From Macrostomum lignano (lineage: Eukaryota): a stretch of DNA of 64,000 nucleotides. Below, one piece after another: positions 1-11,200 of the stretch; the stretch's first letter is position 1; every line of letters begins with the position of its first letter. The notes under the pieces are model-generated. The model worked only from the letters and a program-made list of their open reading frames with translations, was not told where the DNA came from and made no database searches. The translations under genes were made by a program, and so were the position numbers. The DNA is taken from the NCBI GenBank assembly GCA_002269645.1, contig NIVC01001259.1, forward strand, positions 124,001 to 188,000, read 5' to 3'.

Positions 1-938
1 GCGTTAAAAAGCAATTTCTTATTGTCGTCTTGTCTCATCCGAGCTCCGAGCTTGTCTCATCTTAGCTCGAATTGTACTTGAGCAACTAATACTCGACTTC
101 GGTAGCAATCTTGCATTGAGCAGTTCCTTATAGCGAAGTATTCATAGCTTCGAACTTGCGCGTGCTCAAACAGAAGGCGCTGAAGGCATTGAAAGATTGA
201 TTTCAAGTCGCTTCTTTAATATCTAATGAATCACGGCTTGATTTTGATTAAAAAGTCTATCATTTTGCTCATGAAAGTTGACATCTGTCGCCGAAGGCTT
301 GATGAAAACAGCTGAGGAGCCGTCGGTGATGCGTGATTCTATATTATTTTTTTCTGCTGACTAACAGAGCTGTTTTCCTTGTGATGGACAAGAAGCAATC
401 CCTAATATAGAAAAGAGTAATGGAGATTCCCCTGTCTTCTGTGACTTTCGGCTGTCACTATCCGGCGCGTCCTGTTCCGCAATCGTGCCAATTCTCTTCC
501 GCTGCGGCCTTCCGATTCTGCTGCTCCCGGCTTTGGCTTTGTCTTCCGGGTTTTCCGCTTCTGTGGCCCCGAAAATATGAAAACATATTTTCAGCCATTT
601 GCTCGCCGAGAAAAAAACATTTCTTGTTTATCTGTGATCCTTATTTACCGCGACGTCTTCCATTGCCTATCCGATACTGTACTTAAATTATGCTGAACTT
701 GGGATCAGTCCGCCCGTTTACTCGTATTGGCATCACAAATCGATGCAGTGCGGCTTTTTCTATCTTTCTCGGTGATGCAAATATTATAGAAACTGATAAT
801 TGTAAAACAAGTCCGATGTACCTTATTGTTCCTTTTAGGCAAAATAGCACACTTAAGTAGATAACAGTTGCTTAAATTGTTATTTTTCCAACGCGCTTCG
901 GCCCGTTATAGGTTATTGTCAGGTTCAACAGTGTGTTA

Positions 939-1416
939 GTGAAGTCTATGGTTTATGAAGTCTATGGTTTGTGAAGTCTATGGTTTGTGAAGTCTATGGT
1001 TTGTGAAGTCAATGGTTTGTGAAAACTATGGTTTGTGAAGTCTATGGTTTGTGAAAACTATGGTTTGTGAAGTCTATAGTTTGTGAAGTCTATGGTTTGT
1101 GAAGTCAATGGTTTGTGAAAACTATGGTTTGTGAAGTCAATGGTTTGTGAAAACTATGGTTTGTGAAGTTCTATGGTTTATGAAATCTATGGTTTGTGAA
1201 GTCTATGGTTTGTGAAAACTATGGTTTGTGAAGTCTATAGTTTGTGAAGTCTATGGTTTGTGAAGTCAATGGTTTGTGAAAACTATGGTTTGTGAAGTTC
1301 TATGGTTTATGAAGTCTATGGTTTGTGAAGTCTATGGTTTGTGAAGTCTATGGTTTATGAAGTCTATGGTTTTGTGAAGTCATGGTTTGTGAAGTCTTGT
1401 GAAGTCTTTGTGAAGC
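939..1416. repeat. 16-bp minisatellite (GTTTGTGAAGTCTATG)n, about 30 copies
   Basis: Direct reading; variants GAAAACTATG and GAAGTCAATG. Ends approximate. Confidence 0.95.
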
Positions 1417-1922
1417 CTTCACTGAGCATATGGCCTGTCCGCAGCACTGTGAATTAGCTGGACTATATACTCCAGGTTTTCTAATGAAGGCAGGGACCAT
1501 TTAGTACAATCTGCCCCTGGAATGCCATTTTTACTGTACAAACTGTATACAATTGTGTGCCCATGAACTACATTATTGACCCTGACAATGACACATGACA
1601 GACAGAAACGCGTTGAAAAAAAACGATGTTGATTTTCTTCTTTATACTAGCGCAGAATATGTAGCACAGTAATCCACCTTCAGATAGAAACGACCAAAAA
1701 TTTGCTTTTTTCTGTTGTAAGAAGTTTTAACTTGGCAGCCGTGACTGTCAAAAACATGCAGTAGATTTGCTATACATCTACAAGGTGAAGAACGGTAAAG
1801 TCTTTCCGAAGAACAAAAAAGTTTTTGCTTTTTTCTGGCCTTCCGCTGGCGTCTGCGTTCGTAGAATTCGATTGAAGCTAACATTTAGCAATTGTCTTCT
1901 TTCTGCTACTCTCCCCCCAGCA

Positions 1923-2501
1923 ATGCTGAAAGAGCTCAGCTACTCGGAGTCTTTCGCCCCTGAGTACTCCAGCCTGACTCGAGCTGCGCACCTCATGCTG
2001 CACAGCCGGCTGCCGGAGCGCCAGGTGTTCGGCACGCCCAGCCAGCACGCCGTCCTCATGGGCCTCCGCTTCGACGGCTGCCTCGGCTTCATCGGCGGCC
2101 TCATCGACGCCGATGACGCCAGCGTGGAGGCTGGCCTGGCCAGAGAGATTCGCGAAGAGATTGGCGCCGAGCTGGCGCCAACCAAAGAGCACTTTCTGTG
2201 CGCCCACGTCAACCTGGACAGTGGCATTGTGCTATACTTCTACACAATGTCGGTGCCGCAGGAGCTATTCTGCAGCATCGAGAAAGCTGCCGCGGCCTGG
2301 CACGATCACGGCCACGAGACTCTCGGCTGCGTCCGGGTGCCCTGCTACCGACTGGCCAGCAACCCGATGCTGGGCATTGTGGCTTTCATGCGGCATAATT
2401 TTGTTGGCAATGCCAGGCAGCAGCTGGCTGCCGGACTGGTCAGAGCTGAGGCCTTCACGGCCGAGGAGATGCGCCAGATTCTGCTGGACGCTGAACACTA
2501 A
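1923..2501 (+). CDS. NUDT16: NUDT16-like Nudix hydrolase (U8 snoRNA-decapping enzyme family), single coding exon, 192 aa
   Basis: LMGLRFDGCLGFIGGLID...GLAREIREEIG and DHGHETLGCVRVPCY...FVGNARQQL match my recollection of NUDT16 (LMQMRFDGRLGFPGGFVD...RELREELG; DHGLEVLGLVRVPLY; FIGSAREQL). Nudix box intact. ATG 1923 follows a CTCTCCCCCCAG acceptor. Confidence 0.9.
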   Translation: MLKELSYSESFAPEYSSLTRAAHLMLHSRLPERQVFGTPSQHAVLMGLRFDGCLGFIGGLIDADDASVEAGLAREIREEIGAELAPTKEHFLCAHVNLDSGIVLYFYTMSVPQELFCSIEKAAAAWHDHGHETLGCVRVPCYRLASNPMLGIVAFMRHNFVGNARQQLAAGLVRAEAFTAEEMRQILLDAEH

Positions 2502-2544
2502 GCAGCGAGCTTCTGGGGTGTTGGCGTTTTAGCATCTCAGGGTG

Positions 2545-3047
2545 TGTGAAGCTTAGGGTTTGTGAAGTCTATGGTTTGTGAAGCCTATGGTTTGTGAAGT
2601 CTATGGTTTGTGAAGTCTATGGTTTGTGAAGTCTATGGTTTGTGAAGTCTATGGTTTGTGAAGTCTATGGTTTGTGAAGCCTATGGTTTGTGAAGTCTAT
2701 GGTTTGTGAAGCCTATGGTTTGTGAAGTCTAGCGTTTGTAAAGTCTAGGGTTTGTAAAGTCTATGGTTTGTGAAGCCTATGGTCTGTAAAGTCTAGGGTT
2801 TGTGAAATTTAGGGTTTGTGAAGTCTATGGTTTGTAAAGTCTAGGGTTTGTGAAGTCTAGGGTTTGTGAAGTCTAGGGTTTGTGAAGTCTAAGGTTTGTG
2901 AAGTCTAGGGTTTGTGAAGTCTAGGGTTTGTGAAGTCTATGGTTTGTAAAGTCTATGGTTTGTGAAGTCTAGGGTTTGTGAAGTCTTGGGTTTGTAAAGT
3001 CTAGGGTTTGTGAAGTCTATGGTTTGTGAAGTCTATGGTTTGTGAAG
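2545..3047. repeat. 16-bp minisatellite (GTTTGTGAAGTCTA[T/G]G)n, about 31 copies, same family as 939-1416
   Basis: Direct reading. Confidence 0.95.
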
Positions 3048-3819
3048 GTTAGTGTTCGTGAAACACCCTCATTTGTACTATGCGTGCCGCAATATTCACG
3101 GAAGTCACAAGAGTGTACGGTTAGCGGGTCACTAGAATTGGAGTTTTTATTGATGCATTGCGCACCAAGTCAAACTGGTAGTTTGTCCTTCGAATTTCTC
3201 CTACCTCTTTCCTTCAATTCAAGCAATAACGATCAATATTTTTAAATTGACACCATTGAACTGTTCTGTCATATTTGCGAATGTTTAATAATTTTTGCCA
3301 TGTTTTTTATTTCGATTAAAATAACGATACGCTCGTAATAAGAAAAAATAATCGAAATTGAAACGATTTGCTTGTCTTTAATTAAAGTACATCAAAGTGG
3401 CATTCTTGTTTGTTCATATTTTTTAAGCTGATTCACAAGTCGTACAAAAAGTTGTGTGATTCTGGACATCAGTTGTGTGATGTCTCGTTTGATGGTGTTC
3501 AATTTACAATTGCATTAAATGAGTATTAAATGATTTGAGCTATCTTCGCTTTCACATCCTGTAACGAGTTTCCATGTGAACACATGCAGAATCGATGAAT
3601 ATCTCGATAGTCCGGAGCGCTGAAGGCTTGGTTCTTTGGTTGAAAAGGTGAACGGCCTCTTGCTTAATTTGTTCCATCTTTCTGGTAAGCCATGTCGTTC
3701 ATATGACAGGACCTGCCCAAGGACCACTAGAAACACTTCGTTATTGTCTAGTTGTCCTTGGACCTGCCTCTGGAGTTTAGCGGCCACAACTATTGTGATA
3801 GTTTATTCGGATGGTCTAC

Positions 3820-3900
3820 GGATCCGGGATCGGGTGGCTGACCCGAACTGAGGATCCGGGATCGGGTGGCTGACCCGAACTGAGGATCCGGGATTGGGTG
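3820..3900. repeat. 2.5 copies of a 32-bp unit GGATCCGGGATCGGGTGGCTGACCCGAACTGA
   Basis: Copies start at 3820, 3852 and 3884; each full unit has a TCGGGT/ACCCGA hairpin. Confidence 0.85.
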
Positions 3901-4068
3901 TCGCGGTCCTAAGTTGATGCTCTATGCATGTAAATCTAAGCATCAAAATTGAATTTTGCTTTTAGCTACTACGGGTCGAATTTCATCATAGCTGTTTTGG
4001 AGCAGCCATCCGCTGCTTCCCTACATGTACATGCGTCAGCAGCGTTATAATTGTGAGGCATTGTGAGA

Positions 4069-4150
4069 GATTGTGATAAATTTTGATGGATTGTGATAAA
4101 TTTTGATGGATTGTGATACATTTTAATGGATTGTGATAAATCTTTGATGG
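4069..4150. repeat. About 4 copies of 20-bp GATTGTGATAAATTTTGATG
   Basis: Direct reading. Confidence 0.8.
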
Positions 4151-4511
4151 ATTTGTATGAAATCGTGATGAATTGGTAATTAATTTTGAGGGCTTGAGAG
4201 GGAATGTTGTATAAATAATTTTGATATAAGTCACAAATTCACAACAGTAAATCTTCATGCTACTTAGTAAGTAGTATAGAAAGAAATTTAAGTCGACTGT
4301 TTTATTTGTCATACAGATATGCTGCAAAGAGAATGCAGCTGGTAGCAATTGGCAGAGCATTACTTGTCTGTTTAAAATGATGTCATATTTTAGTGAAGAA
4401 GTGTTGTGATGAAATAAATAGGCACTTGATTAATCGAGCCCAGATCTGAGCCACTTGAATAAAAATTCTGCAGCGTCATAAATAAGCAGGCAGTTCTCAG
4501 TGCTCCGCTAT

Positions 4512-7500
4512 TTAGCGGACACACAGCAGAACCAGTTTCCAGGAAATAAGTCCCAGCAGCAGTCCGGAGATCCAGCAGCTTTGCAGCGGGCCCACCGGAC
4601 CACCCGACTTCGTGGTGTAAATCTCCGGAGCCAGGGTGCTAGTGCTCGGCATCGGCGAAGTGAGGCTGCCGTCAATATTGTCAATGTTGTCTGGCAGCTT
4701 CAGCTGAGTGGCCACCAGATTCGACAGCTCCGACTTGGCGCCCCTGCTGCTCACAGCCATAACGGCGAGGTAGAAGGTGCTGTTGTAGCTGGCCAGCTGG
4801 TCGGCGCTGACGTTGACAGACTGGATTGATCCGGCCACGAGCGGGATCACAGTCACCGACACGTTGTCTGCCAAGTGAAAGTCCTCCTCGAGCAGGGTGT
4901 CATTGTCTGACGACTTGATGATGTACCTGGCAGCTGCAAAGCAAAGGTTAAAAAGGAGTCAGCAAGCAAGCACAGATTTATTATTTAATTGCCAACTGTC
5001 GGTAATCAACAGGTGAACACACCGGTTCCTTGGCTTTGTTCATCGCCCACTGCGGTCCACCAGAGCCGGAGCGTCTTTGTTGGCAGGTGGACCTCGGCTT
5101 TCAAATCCGACACTGGGCTGGGCGGAAGATTCTGCAAGTCGCCCTGGTCGATGGATTTGACGTAGAACTTTCCTGCGCTGGTCACTCGGCTGACTGGCGA
5201 GTCGCTGATCAGCCTCACGTTGTACTCCTGCACTTTTGAAATGCTCTTCAGCGGCACCTGAGCCGAGTAAACGCCGTCTCCTGCTTCGAGGTCTGGGACT
5301 GGAACGAGTGAAGGTGACGACCAGGATGTATAGGAGTTACATGTAGGTGACAAATAGCAAGTACAAAGCGGTATGAATTTGCACTTACAGACGCCATCAT
5401 CCTGCAATTCAAGCACTACGTCTGTGCTTGACTCTGACTCAATCTTGGCTACTATCTTAGCGCCCGTGATCCGTCTGAAGCCACGGAACAGGGATGCGAC
5501 AACGTTAATTGAAGTCGATCGGTTCAGGTGAACGCTGACATTTGCACTGAGGGAGCCGTCCAGCACGATGGGCTCCTCTTCGCTGCTGGAGGCCTTCGAT
5601 GTAACTGTTAGGGCTAATCGCGAGTTTCGCACCTTGGCGCTGGACCAGGAGGATTGCAATGCGGTTGAGCGGCCGTCTGTGGCCCGCCACTCCCCTGTCT
5701 GTGAAAATTGTGGTGTGTAGCGTCCTGCTTTTATCGGCGTATTCAAGCATTTAAAACACACCATATCAGTGTTGGGCAAGTTACTTTCGAAAAAGCAACA
5801 GTATTGGAAGTACTATAGGGAGGTTGTGGCCTAGTGGTCAGAGCGTCGGACTCGCGACTGAAAGGTTGGGGGTTCGTTTCTCGACCCGCTCGGTAACAAT
5901 TTGTGTCCTTGAGTAAGACACTTTGCACTGCTTCAGTTCACCCAGCTGTAAAATGGGCGCCAGCATTAGCTGCGGTAATTGAGGGTGTGTGTGGCGACCC
6001 CCCGGTCCTTGGACTGAACAGACGTACGCAGCCTTTAGATGCGCCGCGCAATGGCTGCGGCTGAGTTGTTGGTTGCACATGTTGCCCAATTGGGGCAGGT
6101 GTAATCAATTATTAATATTATTATTGTTATTAGTAATGAGCAACGTACCTCCGCTACTCCGGAGACCTTGATTGTCACCGTGCCCAGCACCGGGTCTTTG
6201 CTGTACTGCGGCGAGTTTTTATCATAAACTGTACCATTTGGGCTCCTGACCTTCAGGTCCGTGCTGTTGATGTCTGAGGCTCGGTACGTGGTCAGCATGA
6301 AGCTGGTGTCTTTGCCGACTGACTTGTCGATTTTAACTGGGACGCTGAAGCTGCTTGCATCAAGCTGAGATGAGAAAACCTGAAGTCAACAGTGAAGGAT
6401 ATGCGAGCTGATGCGAAATGTACAGCTATATGTATAGAAATGGCACCTAATCATGCTTTACCTCAATGGGCATCTGTGTGGCCTCCACTCTCTTTCGAAC
6501 TGTATCGCTGAGCTGTTCAATGAAATCGTTGGTGGAGTTTTCAAACTTGCAGAAGAAGCTGTAGCCGTTCGTGTCCTCAGACAGTTGGGAGAGTCTTTTA
6601 TCAGCCTGGGGTCCGAAAGTGACCGTGTCCACAATGATTGATGTGTTCCTCAGCACCGCGGCTGCCTGAAGCAGCGTGTAGTTCTGATATCTGTTTTCCT
6701 GTCCATCTGTGAGCAGCAGCATGTATCCAGGGACTTCAGGACTTGGCCTGGCTGGATCTACACCGAGTACCTGAACAGTGGCAATTCGCTTCCATTAAAT
6801 TTCTGTCGTCAGCATCGTAATTCCATAATTTACTAAAAACCTTGAAATTCATTGAAAAACTCACTCTCATCCCGAGTGCGAGCGCATCGCCAATGGCTGT
6901 CAATCCACCAGCCCGCAACTCCTTTACATCCTTGGCGAACGCGTCGCGAACCTGCGTTGCATTGAAGAAGGTAAGAGGCTTCACCAGCTGAGTATAATGG
7001 TTGAATGTCACCAGAGCGCACTCGATTCCATCCTCGGCAAGGTCGCGGACGAATTTGTCGACTCCAACCTTGATTTTATTGAGAGGATCGCCCTGCAAAT
7101 TGAAAAGGCGTGAGTTTTATAGTAAATTTCAACTATAGGTAACAAAATCAGATCGTCCTGATAAATCTTAGCGTACTCTCATACTGCTGCTAATATCGAT
7201 GATTAGCGTCAGCCTGCGATACGGCAGCGGTTGAACCACGGTAAACTGCACCGCCGGCTGCTTCTCCATCGCTTTCGGTGGCGTATTGAAGTCTCCAGAT
7301 TTCGACTTCCTCATCAGATCGCGTGCTCCATGGCCGTTGCAAGCATTTAAAGGCACAGGTGCCCGCTTGTTGTGCTGAAGCTCGGGCACGGGCGAGTCCC
7401 AGTGGTCGCAGAACTGCTCTACGGATTGAACCTCCGTGGTGCCCAGAAGAGACGCCTCTACTTCTTGCATCGCGTCCGGATAGAACCTGCAGGATGGCTC

Positions 7501-8883
7501 TACGGTGCTTGTATCGCTGTCAACCTTGCAGGGCGCCTGAGTCTCGTTGTGCCTGAAGATGCCTTTGATGCTTTTTGTGCAAATCGCCGGCACTAACTTG
7601 CCTCCTTCAAAGTAAGCGTGCGGTCCTCCTTCGCCGTTGCGCTCACTACGGAGACCCCATCGGAGCTGGCCGAATTCCGACAGCATTTGCTTGCTAACTG
7701 AAAGCAGAGATATAACAGTCGAAGTAAAGTATGGAGCAGGAGGAAGCATTAAGCCAAGGGCCATGACCTCTAGAAGTTCCCTTTGTATCAGGATGTAACA
7801 CTCGTAAATATTGCATTTTTACTACTTTCTGCTACTTTGTCAAGACTAAGAAAACGATAGTTAAAAGGGAATCGCAAGGGAATTGCAAGAAATATTGCAT
7901 CGAGCCATTACTCTACTGTATGCCTGCCCGTTTTCCACATGTAGGCCAAACTTTGCGTTATCTCAGACAAGAACAAAATTTCAACAAACAACCTAGTGAA
8001 AATTAGAGTTATGCGTACTTAATAACAGAGTTATGCAAGTCAAAGTCAAAGAGTAATGAGGTCGCCTCATTAAGAGTATCTTAATTCTTAATTCTTAATT
8101 CTTAATTCGCCTCATTAAGAGTAATGAGGTAGTACTAGGCGACCTCAATACTCTTTGCTTTAAAGTAAACGGTAACTTCTAGTGGTCCTGGCATTAATTG
8201 GGACCAATTCAGCTTCACTTACGCAAGTACGGATCTGTGCTCAGGGTATGGTTGGTGTCGAACACTGTAAAGTCACCGGGAAAGCCGCACGATTCGCTGT
8301 GATAGGTGTAGTGCGGCTGCTGCGGCGAGCGGCCCAACCGAATGTCGGAGTTGTCGAATGTCTGCCAGGTAGATTGCGAGTCAATCTGCGTAAGGTTGTT
8401 CGTCCAGGTCTTGGGAACCAGGATGTAGACGTGAGCAATGTGTAGACTAGCGCTGTTGTTGAACATTGGCTTGGTGGCAATCGACAGTTGCTTTGAGAAC
8501 TCTGTCACGGCGCTCTGAAAGTGTATGAGCAACAAATAAAGGAATGGATAATTTTACAAATGATCGCACTATCCATTATATCGATATAAATTTGTTAATG
8601 TTAATTCGGACAAAACTATAAGTACTCCATACGTTGTATAGCCAATAAATAAAATGCAATGCACCGTTGGCTATAGTCAATGAAGGCAAACTACCTTGAT
8701 CTTCTCCACAAGCTGGGGATCTTCGGGCCAGCTTCGGTCGACGGCGATCACCAAGTTTTTGTAGCCGCCGTTGCTACCCAAACTGATCTGGCCTCGCTCC
8801 TTGGCATTTAGCGGTTGGATAGTTGCGAATATCAGCAGCAGCAGCAGCGGCAGCAGCAGCGGGGCGAGTTTCCTGTGTTGCAT
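4512..8883 (-). CDS. CLCA: CLCA-family (calcium-activated chloride channel regulator-like) secreted/GPI-like protein, 9 exons, about 925 aa; protease motif degenerate
   Basis: Exons 8883-8695, 8514-8223, 7697-7177, 7092-6865, 6770-6462, 6379-6149, 5698-5389, 5298-5023, 4933-4512; all GT-AG and phase-consistent (2778 nt). Signal peptide [20 protein letters not shown]; GGYKNLVIAV; QLRWG; vWA MIDAS IIDISSS...GGLTAIG...LLTDG; DGVYS; PPSPVSDLKA...LWWTAVGD; hydrophobic C-terminus. Confidence 0.9.
5818..6131 (+). mobile_element. tRNA-derived CORE-type SINE in CLCA intron 6 (antisense to CLCA)
   Basis: A box TGGCCTAGTGG, B box GGTTCGTTTC, then TGTGTCCTTGAGTAAGACACTT...CAGTTCACCCAGCTGTAAAATGGG resembling the MIR CORE domain; (TTA)n-like tail at about 6110-6131. 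No clear TSD. Confidence 0.75.
8048..8156. mobile_element. Short MITE-like element with 20-bp inverted termini in CLCA intron 2
   Basis: AAAGAGTAATGAGGTCGCCT (8048-8067) vs AGGCGACCTCAATACTCTTT (8137-8156): 19/20 inverted match; internal (CTTAATT)n. No TSD recognised. Confidence 0.55.
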
Positions 8884-9379
8884 CGCCAACAGTACGGCTT
8901 GTGGGTGCAGTGCAGTTTTGCTGGTATCCGAGTTAGTGGCTTGAGCGCAATCATTGTTGCGTATATATAGAGACACTGGAGAGGAGTTGCCGTTATGACT
9001 CAGCACTTCTTATCTTTTCTAAATGTATTGTCACTGCGCAGTTGGAGGATATTTTTGCTCAAGTATTTGGACCATCCGCAAGTTAAAAAAATTAAATTTC
9101 AAGCCTCAATCCGTCTCTCTTGCGAGAGCACCACCTTATCAAGCTTACTGCATTTGGTCTACGCTCGTACAATGTCTAGAAAGTTAGTCGTTTGAAGCTT
9201 ACTTTTAATCTTTCCTCTATCTCCACTAATAGCTTTTTATGCAGTCAATTTTTTAACTTGACGTAAGGCATTTATTTATCTAGTTGTTTTGTTTCAAAAG
9301 GCCTAATAGATAAAAAATACTCATGAGGATGTCCGGCTGTTCGTGACGGATTGTGAGGGATTCTGATAGATTTGAGAGG

Positions 9380-9644
9380 CAGGGGTCGTCATGATGGATT
9401 TTATGGTGGGGGGACAAAGCCAAGAATTCTGTACAGGTACATTATTTTCAGAATCGGTGTTGTCAGCGCTCACTTGGCACCTCAGGCACTCATTTTAGTG
9501 TCACAGGCACTATATTTTCTCGCCATGAAGCAAAATTATTGATTTCCATAACGGGTCCCAAGGTTGGATGGGGGGACAAAGCATTGGCATGTCCCCCATA
9601 GCTTTTACTGGGGGTCCCCGCTCCCCCCGATGGCGACGCCCCTG
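9380..9644. mobile_element. Older hAT-type MITE (265 bp)
   Basis: Ends CAGGGGTCGTCA ... TGGCGACGCCCCTG; flanks TTGAGAGG / TTGTGAGA (6/8 match, decayed 8-bp TSD); internal GGGGGGACAAAGC repeated. Confidence 0.55.
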
Positions 9645-10606
9645 TTGTGAGAGACTGTGAAGTGTATCTATATAGAATCTAGATGCATAAACGAGCGTAT
9701 GTACAGTGAACTGCAGTGACTGCATGGGGTTGTGTAATCAAGAAACTTGCTGGAAAGAAAAGAAGTAGCAGTTTTTCTCGCCCATGCCAGTTTCGTAACT
9801 TCGTCATGTAGATCTGCTAATTGCTAAAGTATAACAAGTTCTTTGTTTACTCATTATGTCAGCTAGGAGAGTTGTGACAATATTTTAAATGTGTGCATGA
9901 CATAAAACTTCTGTCGCCTTTTATGACCCTCGACCCCAAGGAGATAAAGTTAAGACACAGCAACGCAAGTCAATTATGATCAAATTGCATTTTTAGTAAG
10001 AGTAAAAATCTCAGCAATTCTAATTTTATTATACAACCAGCACTGGCTTCGAGACAATTTCGCAGAAAGGACTCTGACAAGGTGCTCACAACCCTCCTGG
10101 AATTCGCACAATTGATGCTCTCCGGAGCTGGAGTTAAAGGATACCACCCCTGTCAACAACTCGTCCTGCTGTACAAACCGCGTTTGTGTCACTATAGTGG
10201 AAACAATTCATTATCGAGAATGAAATTGAAATTTTTCGGTACATCAATAGCTATAGCTTACTATTTAGTATGACCTGACTGTTTCCTAGATTAATTGATG
10301 TATACGTTAAGCCTTTGATTTCATTCGCGCAAAAATAGCCTTCAATTTTTTTCTAAGAAACGAAGTTTCCCGTCATTCGATTCAAGCTGTCCTTGAGTGA
10401 TAAAAGCAACAAATTGAGCATTTGATCATATTTTTTGTTTGACCTGAATGTGTCATATATTTGATGCACTGAGAGCTGCAGTCGATGAAAAATGGTTTAA
10501 AGGAAGAAAAGAACAAGTCGATTCGGGTTTTTTATTTTACTGAAAAAACGTATAGCTAGTACAAGCAGCTGGATGGTTTGTCAATGTTTAAAAAATCTCC
10601 TCAATC

Positions 10607-11200
10607 TCAGCGGCAATTAAAACCGACTCTCTCGTGCTCCAACAGCCAGCGCTTGGTGGCGTCAGCCTTGCCGCCGGCGAAGCGGCCCGCCGAGCCGTCA
10701 GAGCGGACAACCCGGTGGCAGGGCACCAGCAGCGGCACCGGGTTGGCGCGCATTGCCGAGCCAACGGCTCTAGCAGCGCCAGGCCCGGCGCCAGACATCG
10801 CCGCCAGCTGTTGATAGCTGACAACGGCGCCTGGCGGCACGGAGCTGGCCAGTGCGCGCCAGACCCGGCGCCGGAAACTGCCGGGCGGCGCGGCGGCGGT
10901 GGCACACAGAGTCGGCTGGGGAGGCAGCGGCGTTGTTGAATTAGCGGCGAAATAAGCTGCCAGCCAGGCCAGGGCGAGCCTGGCTGGGCCGGTCAGAGTG
11001 GCATTGGGCTGGTCGTCGGCAATGGCAACAGCGGGGGCGGAGCGGCTGGCCAGCTGACCAGGCTTGAGTCGCATGCAGGGTCGCCTGGACTCGGGGTCAG
11101 TCATGGTCAGGCTGTGCAGGCCAACTGGGCAGGCCTCCAGCAGCACGCGGCCAACTGGGGTGGCCAGCGATAGTCGGGCAGTGAGTGGCCGGCGGCACAA
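10607..11200 (-). CDS. MGMT: O6-methylguanine-DNA methyltransferase; initiator Met not found in this exon
   Basis: FRRRVWRAL...VVSYQQLAA...AARAVGSAMRANPVPLLVPCHRVV...KRWLLEHE: canonical PCHRV active site and HTH. N-terminal LATPVGRVLLEACPVGLHSL aligns with human LDSPLGKLELSGCEQGLHEI. ORF begins at a CAG acceptor (11203-11201). Confidence 0.93.
   Translation of the reverse strand: MCRRPLTARLSLATPVGRVLLEACPVGLHSLTMTDPESRRPCMRLKPGQLASRSAPAVAIADDQPNATLTGPARLALAWLAAYFAANSTTPLPPQPTLCATAAAPPGSFRRRVWRALASSVPPGAVVSYQQLAAMSGAGPGAARAVGSAMRANPVPLLVPCHRVVRSDGSAGRFAGGKADATKRWLLEHERVGFNCR

Noticed and set aside
1767-1922. 52-aa N-terminal extension of NUDT16 in the ORF track
   Set aside because: Non-ATG start, AT-rich non-coding composition and a clear acceptor at 1919-1920 just before the ATG.
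5818-5895. tRNA gene
   Set aside because: A/B boxes are present, but no convincing acceptor stem or poly-T terminator; the sequence continues into a CORE-like domain and tail, so it is a SINE head.
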